From Octopus bimaculoides (lineage: Eukaryota): DNA of 64,000 nucleotides. Location: NCBI RefSeq assembly GCF_001194135.2, contig NC_068985.1, positions 98,065,835-98,129,834 of the forward strand, in the 5' to 3' direction. Shown here piece after piece: positions 13,195-26,571 of this stretch (position 1 is its first letter; each line of letters begins with the position of its first letter). Made by a program: the position numbers and the translations under genes. The notes beneath the pieces were generated by a model. The model saw only the letters and a list, made by a program, of their open reading frames with translations. It searched no databases and was not told where the DNA came from.

Positions 13195-13605
13195 CCTGTA
13201 TGGTACAGGTCATGTTTTGTGGATCTGTGTGACATGGACTTTGTTGCATGGACCTGTGTGAAATAGACTTGTGACATGGGCTTTGCCAGACGAATTTGAG
13301 TGGCACAAACTTTGTCATGTGAATTTGTGTGGCATGGGCTTTCTTACATGGATTTGTGTGACATAGACGTTGCTATGTGGACCCACATGACATGAGTTTT
13401 GTTCTGTGGATTTGCATGACACAAACTTTGCTAAATGGCTCAATGTGACACAAACTTTGCTAAATGGCTCAATGTGACACAGACTTTGCTAAATGGCTCA
13501 ATGTGACAGACTTTGCTAAATAGTTCAATGTGACAGACTTTGCTAAATGGTTCAACGTGACACAGACTTTGCTAAGCTGAACTGTGTGACACAGACCTTG
13601 CTGAG
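13195..13605. repeat. 27-30 bp minisatellite (core tgtgacacaaactttgctaaatggctcaa)
   Basis: Period 29 is near exact at 13417-13500; 27-bp variants follow; diverged units lie upstream. Confidence 0.9.
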
Positions 13606-14196
13606 TGTGTTTATTTGGCACCTTGTCAGGTGGGTCTGTGTGTTAGTAAATGTTAATTCTATGATATTTCAGTTGCTAAATTAACTAAAGACTGCTACAA
13701 TGTATAGAGTTAACTTCATAATTAAATGTTATTGCATTCACCTACAGTATTAAATTTACTTAATAAATAACAGGCCATTGCGGTGTCAGCTACAATCTGT
13801 GGTGCAAGTAAATGACTATAAACATATATAGTGTTACAACAAAATATATAAGATTAATATAATGCCCCCAGAAGTCATAATAATTTCACATCCAATCTTA
13901 TGGAATAACTTGATAATTTTGTTGTGCGCATGTATTGCACATAAAGGCCACCAGTCTTTGTTACATTTTATAGGGTAACATAACCGTAGAATGGGATCCT
14001 TTCATAATGAATCCTTTATCATTCTACCTTTTATAACAATGCTTATATAATGAGGATTGGTATTAGAGCTGTCTGTATTCATTGCCCCACTACTCACATA
14101 TATTTATTTCTTTTCTTCAATCCTTTTCTCTCTCACTCTCTGTCTGTCTCTCACATACATACTCCCACATCAATCACTTTGTGTTGACAAATGTCA

Positions 14197-14243
<47 letters not shown>

Positions 14244-14253
14244 NNNNNNNNNN

Positions 14254-14300
<47 letters not shown>

Positions 14301-15339
14301 CATTACTTCACTTCCCCTTTCATTGTACTGAATTCTCCTGTCATTTCCTTTTCCCCTCATCATAATACACATGCTGTTTTCTAGTCTATCTCCAGCAACC
14401 AACATATAATAATTTATATTCTCTCTTCCATTACTTCCATCTTGTTCTCGGAACTTTCTATCCCCATCCTACCCACACTTCCTCACCTTCCACCGTCTTG
14501 GTCATCATCAATACACTGGGCAGACTGGTTGGTATTAGGAAGGTCATCTTGAAGTAGAAACCAAGGCAAAAAGCAGAACAGCCAAGTGCAATGTGATCCA
14601 CTGACTTGTCTAGGAAGCTGGACATCCGACCGATGGTAGAATGGAAAGAGAATGTAAAATACTGAGAATGACTAAAGGTCATTGTAGTGTCACATACAGC
14701 CTAAAAGGTTAGCAAATGACTAAAAGCTGTTAGTGTCAACTAAATTATATTGGGTTAATGTAATATCTAAAGGCCAATAATGTCACCTAATATTTATAGA
14801 GCAATCTTCATCATCAGTACCAATATTAGTTCTAACCTTTTTGCCATCAACACTATGAATGCCACCTTGCTATGACAGTTACCTCAGTACTGTTACTACC
14901 ACTACACACTCCTATCAAACCCTACTATTAACCATCCCGCAATTTATTGTGATGCCATACTACCAAAAACTATTGACTGCCCTTAACCATTATCACAACT
15001 ATTTCCAAACCACTATCCTATTATTAGACAACACAGATATCTACTGCTTCTTCACTCCCTGGGTCCATTAGAGTACTGGAAAAATGCATTACAGTGTTTG
15101 GTCTAACTCTTTAAATTCTGAGTTCAAATCTTGCTATGGTCAACTTATTTTTATATCATCCCCTAAAAGGATGAAAAACAAGGTACCTGTCTAATACTGC
15201 AGTTGATGTTTTCGACTAATTACCCTACTCTGCTGAAATCAGAAACAATCATTATTATTATTATTCAGTGCATTTCATTCAATTTTGGTAATTATCACTA
15301 ATATTCTTTTCAACTCTAAGTACAAGGTGGGACATTTGG

Positions 15340-15502
15340 TGGAGGAGGGGGTCAGTATGCAACTGGTACTTAGTTTATTGACCCCAAAAGGATGAAAGGC
15401 TAAATCGACCTCGGTGGCATTTGAACTCAGAACATAAAGACAGACAAAATACCGCTAAGCATTTCACTCGGTGTGCTAACATTTCCGCCAGCTCACCACC
15501 CT
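15340..15502 (-). mobile_element. SINE family B, diverged
   Basis: ctggtacttagtttattgaccccaaaaggatgaaaggc...tttgaactcagaac. Confidence 0.7.
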
Positions 15503-15554
15503 GATTATAACTAATATTGCCATAATTATCATTGTTACTAAATTTCAACTATTT

Positions 15555-15800
15555 TACTTAATCTCTTTGATCCCTAAGGAGCATAGGCCATTGATGATCT
15601 TCTCCATTGTTCTCAACTCTGGGCTCTTCTTCCTCTTCAAGGTCCTACTGGTTTTGAATTGTCATCCATGCTTCTTCAACTTTGCTTTGTCTCTTGATAA
15701 AGCTGTTGACCCTATGCAAACCCATTTTTACTTTAAGAAAGAGGTAGTCCATCTTAGTCTATCCTTTAATTCTTTGACTTGACCAGCACTACCAGGAGCT
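15555..15800 (-). mobile_element. RTE-clade LINE 3' terminal fragment
   Basis: Minus strand ends ...RTMEKIINGLCSLGIKEI, like the RTE C-terminal W..V.GLCS.G motif (from recall, not searched). Confidence 0.5.
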
Positions 15801-16845
15801 TGTACAACACTAGCATAGTTCTCAGGTTCATCCGTCAAGCTACCCAAAGCACTGTTTCTACTATCACTGTTATAATCACAACTGCCACCACTATCACCAC
15901 TGTCAGCGTTACTGCCATTTTAACCCCTGACACTTTTATCACCATTACCATCACTATCTGTACCGTTACCACTACTATGATTCACTATTATTACCATTGT
16001 CATCATTCCTACCACTCTGCTACCATTTCCACTGCCACTTTCACCTCCAGCACCATTTCCACTGTCAACATCCCCATCATCACATACATTACCTCTATCA
16101 CCAATATATCAATTCTTTACTCCAGTTTTCAGGCATTTTTTTGCTATCAATTCACTCAGAAGTCATTGATTTTTCTCCAAAAGTTTTTTCTCTTATAGTT
16201 TTGTGCAAAACACTTCATGTCATGTGTAATGCACTCCATATCACACATGTAAATCAGTGTAAGACAGTTTATGTAGCTATCTGAGCAACATGTATCCAGG
16301 CAATGCATAATTGTATCAACTCTGCAGTACTTTATTCAAAAAAGTTATTTCTTAAAATAATCATTTGGGTATCAAATGTGATATATATACATTTTACTGA
16401 GGTATTCATCCAAAGATAACATCTCTTGTGAACATGTGTTTTAAAGCAATGTAAAAGAGGGGATGAAAATTCATCCAGTAGTGGCTAGCAAGAATGCCAG
16501 ATGTACTTTGACCCCATTGAGCCCTATAAATAATGTGTCCTTGCACCCAGCTACATGCCTAGACTAGATCTGTCACCTCTGATATACGAAACAGTGAAAT
16601 GAACATTAACTGATATTGTGAATTGCTGCCTGATTGAATAATAACCCAAAACGCACAATTGAATCCAAAGGCTACATTTTAAAACAGCTGAAATGGTTAA
16701 TTGAATTGATCTCATTATATTACTGATACTTTCTTTTACTGCCTCTAGATGAAATAAAGGCAAAAGTTAGTAGCCTTTGAGCTCGGAACTTAGGGAAACA
16801 TAAATTACTGCATTGCATGCCAGAAATGCTTCTGCTCTGAATTCA

Positions 16846-17355
16846 TCATCATCATCATCATCATCATCATCGTTTAACGTCTGCTTTCCATGCTAGCATG
16901 GGTTGGACGATTTGACTGATGACTGGTGAACCAGATGGCTACACCAGGCTCCAATCTGATTTGACAGTTTCTACAGCTGGATGCCCTTCCTAATGCCAAC
17001 CACTCCGAGAGTGTAGTGGGTGCTTTTACATGCCACCGGCACGAAGACCAGTCAGGCGGTACTGGCAATGGCCACGCTCAAAATGGTGTATTTTACGTGC
17101 CACCTACACAGGAGGCAGTCCAGCGGCACTGGCAGCGATCTCGCTTGAATGTCTTTACACGTGCCACCGGCACAAGTGCCAGGAAGATGACACTGGGCAC
17201 AGGTGCCATCATGATATCGCTTTCGCTTGCCCCAACAGGTCTTCGCAAGCCGAGTTTTGTGTCCAATGAAGGAGATGACGTTGGCATGGGTGCCAGTCGT
17301 CGAATTTAGTTTGATTTCGATTTCACTTGCCTCAACAGGTCTTTGCAAGTGGAGT
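16846..17355 (-). mobile_element. Family C element, long copy
   Basis: (CAT)n tail, then reverse complement of the 46480-46958 copy. Confidence 0.8.
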
Positions 17356-18355
17356 TTAGTGTAGGTATAAATTTTTCCAGATCTGGTACTTCTTTCTAAT
17401 GTCCTCCATTCTATGGAAAATTTCTTCCATTCACTTCAAACAAGGAAACCAGATACAAGTGGATTCAAAAATTCATCCACACAGCACTACACTCCAACTT
17501 CTCTTTCTTTAAACAGATGCTACGCTCTGTGAATCTTAGTAGTTCTTTTCCTGAACCTTTTTGATACCAACCAGTTTGAGACTACCCTCGAGGTTGGTCG
17601 ATGGTGTAAACTTTGTGCTTTAAAGCGATCTAAAGTTCATGTTCGTTTATGCTGAAGGTAGGGTGCCAGTATGGCTGCAGTTCAATGACTGAAACAAGTA
17701 AAGGATAAAAGATAAACCTCAGCTTAATAATAACAAACTTATTTGATGAAATTCTTTGTTATTTTTAAAAACAAACGAAACAAAGGCTGTGTATTTCTCT
17801 AGAAATGCGGTAACAAAAGTGTTAAACAATTATTGTCTTGTTTTCAACATTTTTAAGAATGAATTATTATTATTGTGACTTTTAAGAAAACCTGTTTGTT
17901 TTCCATTGCTTAATTTCATTCTTCTCTTCATGTTAAAGTCATGTTAAAGTTTAAGAATATAATCTTTGTTTGGAATAAATGCAGCAGTTAATTACAAGAA
18001 TATATTTATAAAAATACCACTGACCATAAAACTAGTTATCATCTTGATCCTGCCATTCTTCATACATATCTCTTCTTTATGTTGCTCTTTTTCTATTTTC
18101 TCCTTTATTAGTCAACAAACTGTAAATATTTGGTTGTAAACTTGAATTGAACTTGTTCCTCTTTCTCTATGATACCAGAATACAATAAAAACTGCTCATC
18201 AAACATCACTAACCATCTAGTTTTAATGATTGTACTCAGTGAACCTAAATATTTGTCTAAATTACTGCACTGAATGGCCAAAACCTTGGATTAATGGTTA
18301 TATTAAAGAGGCGGTTTGATTCTTTTGTTTTGCTTGATCATTTCTTGGGTGTTTC

Positions 18356-18403
<48 letters not shown>

Positions 18404-18409
18404 CGTATG

Positions 18410-18452
<43 letters not shown>

Positions 18453-19081
18453 ACTCACTCACTCACATGTTCACATTAGATCTCTGTCACTCACTCCTTC
18501 ATGTTTCTTCCTCAGTGACTCCGCTCTAACCTGTTTATTAATCCAGTCATCTATATTCACTACAGGAAGCATTTCAGAATAAACCGTTATTTTCCTTGTT
18601 AATAAACGTTAGCCTCTCACTTCAACTGCGCCTTCTCCTTCCATTTCTTGTTCTTTTCCTTTGTGGATAGCTTTTAAGCAAACACCAAGATGGCAGTGTA
18701 CACACTCCTTCATCTCCACAGAGCTACAGCCTCGGCTAGAACCAACCAGTAAGAGTAAACAAAATCATTTAACATCAAACCATTGATACTGAATGAATTA
18801 GCAACAAAATAAAAAGTCACTTGTTAGCATTATCCCTTGCAATGGTAATTGGATAATTTTTTTCCTAACATGAATAAGACGTTTTTCTTTGTTGTACCAG
18901 ATAAGTCATCAAAATAGAATGGAAGGGATAAAAATAACAAGTACAAAAAAAAAAAAAGTTTCCAGATGCAGGTGTGGACAGGCATAAAATATCTGATCTA
19001 TCATACCTGCTAATTAGTGTCTTTACCCCTCGCCACTGAGACTCCTTGCTATACCATTGACTTAGATAAAATGTATTACAA

Positions 19082-19312
19082 TTAACTCTTTTGTTATCGT
19101 ATTTCTGTTGAAATACACAACCTTGTTTCAGTTTATTTAGAAAATAAGGAAGGGTTCAGTAAAATAACTTTGTCATTATTAAGCAGGTGTTTGGAATATA
19201 GATTAACAAGGAATTTTGGTGAACGGTTTTAATTTAGATCGATTTAAAACAGGAAGTTTGTATCATATAACCAGAGGCGGTCTTGGGTGGGTTGATATCA
19301 AAAGGAATATTG
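19082..19312. mobile_element. TTAA-type MITE, same family as the outer element at 48553-48998, without the inner insertion
   Basis: ttaactcttttgttatc...gatatcaaaagg ends; body aligns to 55810-56036. Confidence 0.6.
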
Positions 19313-21574
19313 TTAGAAACTCGTTATTTAGTCCCAAATCAACCCAAATTCAGCAGACATATCACACTTGGTGATTACTTATGCATCCTCATTATATTAG
19401 CTCAGTCTGTGTTTGTTGCCCTTATTTAACCCAAGATCAATTGCAATACTGTAGATCTATGATTAAAGGCATTCTAGCCATGTTTATCTTCATTTTTGTA
19501 TATCAGGAATTATTTTGGAGTTAGCTTTTTTTAAGAAGGTAGGGTGAAATCTGAAATTAATACTTGCAACCTGAGTGAGTAGTGTAAAGGCTATCAGTGG
19601 TTTGACTATTTAAAATATAATAAATATACATGTGTGGGCATGTATATATATTGTTTCACTGTGATTTGAATGTAATGCAAGTCTTTTCAATGAGGTCAAA
19701 ATGGCATTATTACATGGACAAATCATAATGAGGTGATATTTTTGATTGGATTAACTCTGAATTGCCACAGACCCAGTTTCAGATGTTCCAACCAGATTGT
19801 TTTCATTTCCATTGGGTTCACTCTGTTCTTCCCGTTTAACTTGAAAATATACCAGACACCCTGCACCAAATTCAAATCTATTCTTGGCAAAATGGTATTG
19901 CTATTACACTGCTATTTACTTATTTTGCAAAATGTTAAAATTTTCTTTGAGGAAAGATGGGTGTTAGTGGTGAGGTGAATACACAAGAAACCAGTCACCA
20001 CATGTTGGGGACATATTTTAAAATTCCACTTAGATATAATATTTCACCGTCAAAACAGCAATGACTGCCAACTGGCCTATTTTTTGTTATTTCACTTTCT
20101 CTCAGTATCATGGTTAAGATGTAGTCAATTATATAAATAACAAACTTACAACTGTCATGTTGTTTTTATTTACTTTTTCTAAAGAATATTACTTCTAATA
20201 AGTTACTAATTATACAATACTAATTATAGAATCACTTCCGTTTTCCTTTTCTATTTTTGAACCTAAGGAGGGACATCTTGGTTTCATTTATTTTTTCTAA
20301 GTCTCATAAATTTGGGGATCAGCATTTTTATGTGTAAATATTATACATGTTGATATATGTAAGCCACATGTTGGCATTGACTGAGCTGACCTATAATCAA
20401 TAGTTTACAAAGTCTGTGATCAAGGACCATGACATTTGGAATTTAAGCCTCATCTTGTTATTGTTCGTTTCCACCCTTGACTAAGTTGACACCTGATCAA
20501 AGGTTTTTCTGTTTGTGACCATCCTACCATCCAATATTCTTTAGGAAAAGGATTGCGAATAGGGGTTAGTATGGGGATCCACTGAATGTTTTTACAGCTG
20601 CTTTAACAAATAAACCTTCCTGCTTAGGCAAAATGTATTTACAAGGTTTTTTCCAAAATCAAATGTGTTTTCTTTCCATTTTTTTGTGTATGTTTGATAT
20701 AATCAGCTCACAGAATTATCTCTGCTTGAAATGTGTTTATATGAAATTTATAATTAATAAAAGATTTGCTTCACAATCATAGCGAAGACTTAGAAACTGC
20801 AAATAGGAGTTACAGCTATTTTATTAAATTCATATATTTTTTTGCTGTTTTCTTTCACCTATCTGTTATCATGCCTGCCATTACATATATTACAACTACA
20901 TAATGCATACTACATTACAATCACAGCTACATTGCACATATATTGTCACAGCACTGTGCACAGATATATTACCATTGCACTGGCCACACAGTGCTGTAGA
21001 ATTATAGATATTCTCCATTTGGAATATCATATGAACAATTCTTGTATCCCTCTTTTCTTCTCTCTATTCCTATATCTCTTTCTCTCTCTCTTCAACTGAA
21101 AATACATTGAAGCAAGTAAATATGTCATATTTGTTTATCTCTAGAGGAAGGTATATTTATTTCTCTCGCATTTTGTTAGCGAAATCATTGTGAGGCATCT
21201 GTTAGGTTTCAGCAAATGAAATTGTTTCTGTTACTGCATTGCTAATCCTTCTTGGTTGCTTAGGGAGAACACACATTCTGTGTTTAGGATATTCAACTGC
21301 AACTTGTGCTGGCCTTCACACTCAACCCACTTGCTTGCCACCCCTATATTGATATGTGACTTGCTATTTCTTAAAATAATATATCTGGTCAATAATGAGG
21401 CTTTTTCTCTCAGTTTACTGTGTATCCCTTCCTGACCTACTCTTTCCTTAGTATCTTGGAGACAGCCTCATTCCAGAAATCTGCTCCAGATTGCAGAGTA
21501 GAATGTTATACACTTTACACCAGGGCTCATAGTTATACACATTACACCAGGGCTCATAGTTATACACTTTACAC

Positions 21575-21872
21575 CAGGGCTGGTCAACCTGAGGCCCACG
21601 AGCTACATGTGACTCACTTGATATTTTCTTGAAGTATTGTGTTTAATTTCAAAATAAAATTATTTGTATATGACATTTGTTTCAAAATAAATCTTAAATT
21701 CATAAGTGGCAATAACGCAATAGCCTACAATTTTATAATTTTAAACAAACACAAAGTAAGAAAAATTATTGATGCTGTAATTTGACTATTAATACATAAA
21801 GTATACAAGTGGCCCTCAAAAACTTTCTATGATTAAAGTGTCCCACAATGTAATTTGAATTGGCCAGGCCTG
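21575..21872. mobile_element. hAT-type MITE, copy 1
   Basis: Termini cagggctgg / ccaggcctg; 8-bp TSD ctttacac / ctctacac (1 mismatch). Confidence 0.8.
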
Positions 21873-22230
21873 CTCTACACCATCTACAAGTCACAGAAGG
21901 GAGCAGTAATTCTAGTAGGGGAAGAAATTCCCAAAAGCTGATACAATTGTGGTACTTCAATCTTGTCAGACAACTCCTCTCATGTATGTGAAACAATAAA
22001 ATATACTCAGTCCATACTGTAAAGTGGTTTGTGATAGGAAGGGCGTTTTGCTGTAAAAATGTGCCAAAAGCAGGAGTCAGGTCACTGAAAACTAATCCTA
22101 ATATTCATAGTATGTTAGTGCTGCTATAGTTCTCTTGACCATAAAAGAGAAGTTGAAGACTATCCATCTACGAAAACTCCTGCATGCTGATGGTTTAGTT
22201 GTCATAGGTGTATCTATCAAAGGATTAGAG

Positions 22231-22551
22231 CAGGCCTGGCCAACTGGAATTACATTATGGGCCACTTTAATCACAGAAGTTTTTTGAGGGCTGCTTGTAT
22301 ATTTTATGTACTAATAGTCAAATAATCAAATTACAGAATCAAGAATTTTTCATACTTTTCATTTGTTATAAAATTGTAGGTTATTGCTTTATTGCCACTT
22401 TTAAATTTTAAATTTATTTTGAAACAAATGTCTTGTGCAAACAATTTTATTTTGAAATTAAACACAATACTTCAAGAAAGTATCAAGCGGGCTGCAAGAT
22501 AAAAGTCTGCAGGCCACGTGCGACCCGTGGACCTGAGGTTGGTCAGCTCTG
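22231..22551. mobile_element. hAT-type MITE, copy 2, inverted relative to copy 1
   Basis: Reverse-complement similarity to 21575-21872 along its length; own TSD gattagag / gattagcg. Confidence 0.8.
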
Positions 22552-22896
22552 GATTAGCGAATAAATTCCAACTGTGAAAGCAGAAACAGAAGTGATAGTT
22601 TGCAGGAAAGAAGACAAGGCTGTTACTGTGATTGGAATTTGGTAGATGGAAACTGAAGGAAGCCCGTCGTATATATATATTGTTTGTGTCTGTTTGTCGC
22701 CCCATCATCGCTTGACAACTGATGTTGGTGTGTTTACGTCCCTGTCACTTAGTGGTTCGGCCAAAATAGACTGATAGAATAAGTACTAGGCTTACAAAGA
22801 ATAAGTCCTGGGGTTGATTTATTCGACTAAAGATAGTGCTCTAGCATGGTGGCAGTCAAATGACTGAAACAAGTAAAAGCGTAAAAAGAGTAGTAC

Positions 22897-23370
22897 CTAT
22901 TGGGTTTCCTTGAAGTAGTTGATGGCTTTCACTATCTTGGTGACCAAAATAGCAGTAGAGAAGGATGTTCCAAAATCATAGTAGCCAGCATAAGATTGGG
23001 GCATCTTCAAGTGAAGACTGAGCTGGTACAGATATGTGATGCATGTGGAAGGTGTCAGTTGGATAATGTAATGCAAAATGATCCAAGTGGAAGAAACCCG
23101 TGAAAGAGGTAGTAGAAGTGGTGGTGGTAGTGGTAGTAGTAGTAGTGGTGGTGGTAGTAGTGGTGGTAGTAGTAGTGGTGGTGGTAGTGGTAGTAGTGGT
23201 GGTGGTAGTGGTGGTGGTGGTGGTGGTAGTAGTGGTGATGGTGATAGTAGTAGTAGTAGTAGATGATCTCGGGTAGCTAAACTTCAAGAATGAGATGACA
23301 AGATGGCAACAAATTGTGAGATATTGTACCGGTAAAGTTCCGTCCAACCCATGCCAGCACGTAATAAAGA
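22897..23370 (+). mobile_element. Internally deleted RTE LINE fragment containing a (GGT/AGT)n array
   Basis: FLEVVDGFHYLGDQNSSREGCSKIIVASIRLG, then RLSWYRYVMHV and EETRERG; DDL resumes after the array; ends in a family C-type tail. Confidence 0.7.
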
Positions 23371-24027
23371 CATTAAGATGTTTTTTTAATGGGATTGCTA
23401 TGGCATGCATATACATAATTCTGTTTCATTGCACAGATGAAATGTCATCAACATATCATCCACTGTATACATCTTATCTTATCTTATTTGTAATCACCTG
23501 ATGATCTTTTTTTGCCATATCTTTCTTAGAATCTGTCTTCCATTTATTGTTGCAAGCAGTAGCAACAGTAACAACAACAATAGTAGCAATGACAATAACA
23601 ACAAGAACAACAACATCAACTACAGAGCTGTTTACATCGTGAAGTATGTCAAGGCTGTATGACTTAATGGCTTGAACAGAATAAGCTGCAAGAGAGCTCA
23701 GATGTTGTCTAAATATGTTTCAGCTCTGACTAGACTACTAAAGTTTATTAGTACACAGCAACTATTCACTATAATCTTTCCTTGGCTATATTCACAATTA
23801 TTCTTTATTGATCTTTATCAATCAGTTGATACCATGGCTGTAAGGTTCAGCGGGAGAGACTGTTGACCACGTGTTCAAGAGTTCTAACATTATTACTTCT
23901 ATAGCCCTTACATTAAGTGTATATTATTTGCCTCAATGAACTTAGGTAACTACATGGTCTCTACCCTACTTTATTGCAAGTTGTTTAGTTGCAGGAAGAT
24001 CACTCCCTATAAAAATAATTACTAGCT

Positions 24028-24318
24028 GCATAGGAATGGCTGTGTGGTTAGTAGCTTGCTTACGAACCACATGGTTCCGGGTTCAGTCCCACTGCGTGGC
24101 ACCTTTGGCAAGTGTCTTCTACTATAGCCTCGGGCGGACCAAAGCCTTGTGAGTGGATTTGGTAGATGGAAACTGAAAGAAGCCCGTTTGGTCATGGAAG
24201 AATATTACTTTGCTTGGAAACAGGTGAGGGCTGTGGAAAATGTGCTCCAGTAAATTCCATCAGACTTAGGCAGGCATGGAAATGTGGGTGTCAAAATGAT
24301 GATGGCAATGATGACGAG
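24028..24318 (+). mobile_element. SINE with family A head/body and a (GAT)n RTE-type tail
   Basis: Matches A up to gaaagaagcccg, then diverges to a catggaaatgtgg...atgatgatg tail. Confidence 0.7.
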
Positions 24319-26536
24319 AATTTTCCCATGCTAGAATAAGTTGTGTAATTTTGCTGAATGTTAATTCACCTCTTTAAATTAATTAGTTCTAAAAGAATTC
24401 TCATTATCCATTGCTGATTCTTTGGCTTAACTGCTACAATATTCAAAGGACCTAATTAAGTTATAATGCAGCAATATAAATTTAGTGTTGGGGGTTTGTT
24501 ATCTGGGTTCTAGAATTGCTACATCAAGAGAATATATATGCAAACAATTACCTTGTCATTAAGAATGTCGAAAAATCCTGTCGTATGTTCTTGAGATTGA
24601 GCTGAAGATTGTTGTAAATATTTTTTTTATAGTCTTGGGCCAGATGTTCCTAAAGGCCCCAGGTATTTTGTTGTTGTTTGCGCCCAGGTAAGCCATGATT
24701 GAACAGCCCTGTGATCTAAGATATCTGTTTTGTTTATTTTTCAAATATAATGTATATGAAACTACAGAATGTAATGTGTAAACCCATTCTTATGTTGGTA
24801 TAGTAAGATTTAAAGGAAATATGGCTGTTCTTTTTTGCTTGTCAAATGGCATTAGCATTTGTGGCTCATGATCTGTGATGTCAGGTGTTATTAATCTGTC
24901 AAAATTCTAATGTCTTTAATTCTGCTGTTGGAGTGTCACTCATTTGTATACATCTATTTTACTTTTAAATGATAATCTCTCTGCAATATTATGTTATAAA
25001 AAGCTTATCTATAAGCATTTTTTTTCCATATCCAACATGTTACCCAAAATTGCATGGTATATTACTGCTAGCATGCATGTCATAAGTTTAATGTCACTGC
25101 TCTAGATGTTTAACAATGATAAATTCTTCTGTGACAATTTGTTAAAACTATCAAAATATCCATATTTGTTTTAGTGTTATTAATATGAAATTATAAAAAT
25201 GTTGAGCATTGATGAAAGAATATTTAGTGGGTACTAATGAATATTTGGGGAGTGATATATTTTTCAATCCTTTTAATATTCTCACCTGGGACTACCTGTA
25301 GTTCTGCAATACAAAGTCTACTATTTAAATTAAAATCTGTAACAATTCTATGTAAGATACCTTTCATCATATTCCAAACACCAGTTTGATTATGAGTTTT
25401 GCTTAATTCCTGCCAATTCTTGATTAATTTCGAAATAAATTGGTTTACATAATGTGTTATACTATTAATATGGTTCTGAAATTGTTTTTAAAAAAACACT
25501 GCATAACAATAATATAAAGAAACCGGAAGCTAGTGTTAGGTGAGTTTCTATCATTACATTTTGACAAGATTCTATTGATTTTTTTCAAATGAAATTATGG
25601 AAATATTTTGTAGGCTCTAAGCATTAGTTTCCTCAAAGGTAAATTCAGTCATGCTGCTAAGTGATTTCTACTTTCCCAAAGTGTGTTTTATTTTAACTCT
25701 GAACAATATTTTAGTCTGATAACTTCTTTCATGACTATTTTTAATGAAATGCATCACAGTGATCTAGTGAAACAATAAACATTTTCATTTTTAATCTGGT
25801 CTTTCAAATATAACATAAAAGATTTTGACTTTAAATTATGATGGAATATTATTAATTTAAATATGATCATTTTAAAGCATGGTGTAGTGTAACACAGAGT
25901 CAGAGATTATCTCGGGCATATTGGTATTAAGAGTTCAATAGGTTTCAATATTAATATAATTCCTAACCATTTTGTTTCATTGATCACAATTTATAGCACA
26001 GTATTCTTCTGTGGAATTGATTTCTGATGTATGTATCGACACAAAGAAAAGAGTTTTATAATACATTGGTTTTATATCATAATACTATGTTGATCCAATT
26101 TGCCTTTAATTTAGTATAGCTTTATATTGTCTCTTCATGGCATTAATGATTTCTGTGCATTCCTACTGCAGCTCCAAAATGGTTCATGTTTCATTTTCTG
26201 AGAATTACTACTGTACTATCCAGTGGCCACCAACCTCAAATTTAGTTTGTTTGTGGCCAAATTTGAAATCTTTGCTAGAACTGTCTACTTAATCCTCACT
26301 TGAAAATGCTACGGATGTCAACTGCTTAGACTAATTGATAAAATGGAAGTAATAAATAAAGTAATTAACAAAAATATAAAGTAATCTCTGCAAAAGGCTG
26401 TGATCAATATATTGTCAGTTGGGAAACAACATATATTAAGATCCGGATCAATGTTTTGTGCATGTTGTGCAGAACAATGAATTAATAATGGCTCTTAGTA
26501 TTTGAAAATAACAATGATAATATTTAACCAATATAT

Positions 26537-26571
<35 letters not shown>

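Noticed and set aside
13417-13605. Regularly spaced ~29-bp repeats as a CRISPR array
   Set aside because: Units are contiguous with no unique spacers, and the context is eukaryotic.
15779-16284. Thr/His-rich ORFs
   Set aside because: Degenerate ACC/ACT/ATC trinucleotide simple sequence with no splice or homology support.
17460-17507. Peptide WIQKFIHTALHSNFSF resembling the tweety N-terminal HxxPHxNxxF spacing
   Set aside because: In-frame stop upstream with no ATG between, no F-x-P/Y motif or donor afterwards, and the conserved Pro is missing. Probably chance.
18480-18760. Possible promoter or first non-coding exon after a (GT)n(CT)n tract, ending cca|gtaaga
   Set aside because: No diagnostic motif; it cannot be supported without TSS data.
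23078-23266. Gly/Ser linker-like ORF and poly-Thr antisense ORF
   Set aside because: (GGT/AGT)n microsatellite inside a LINE remnant.
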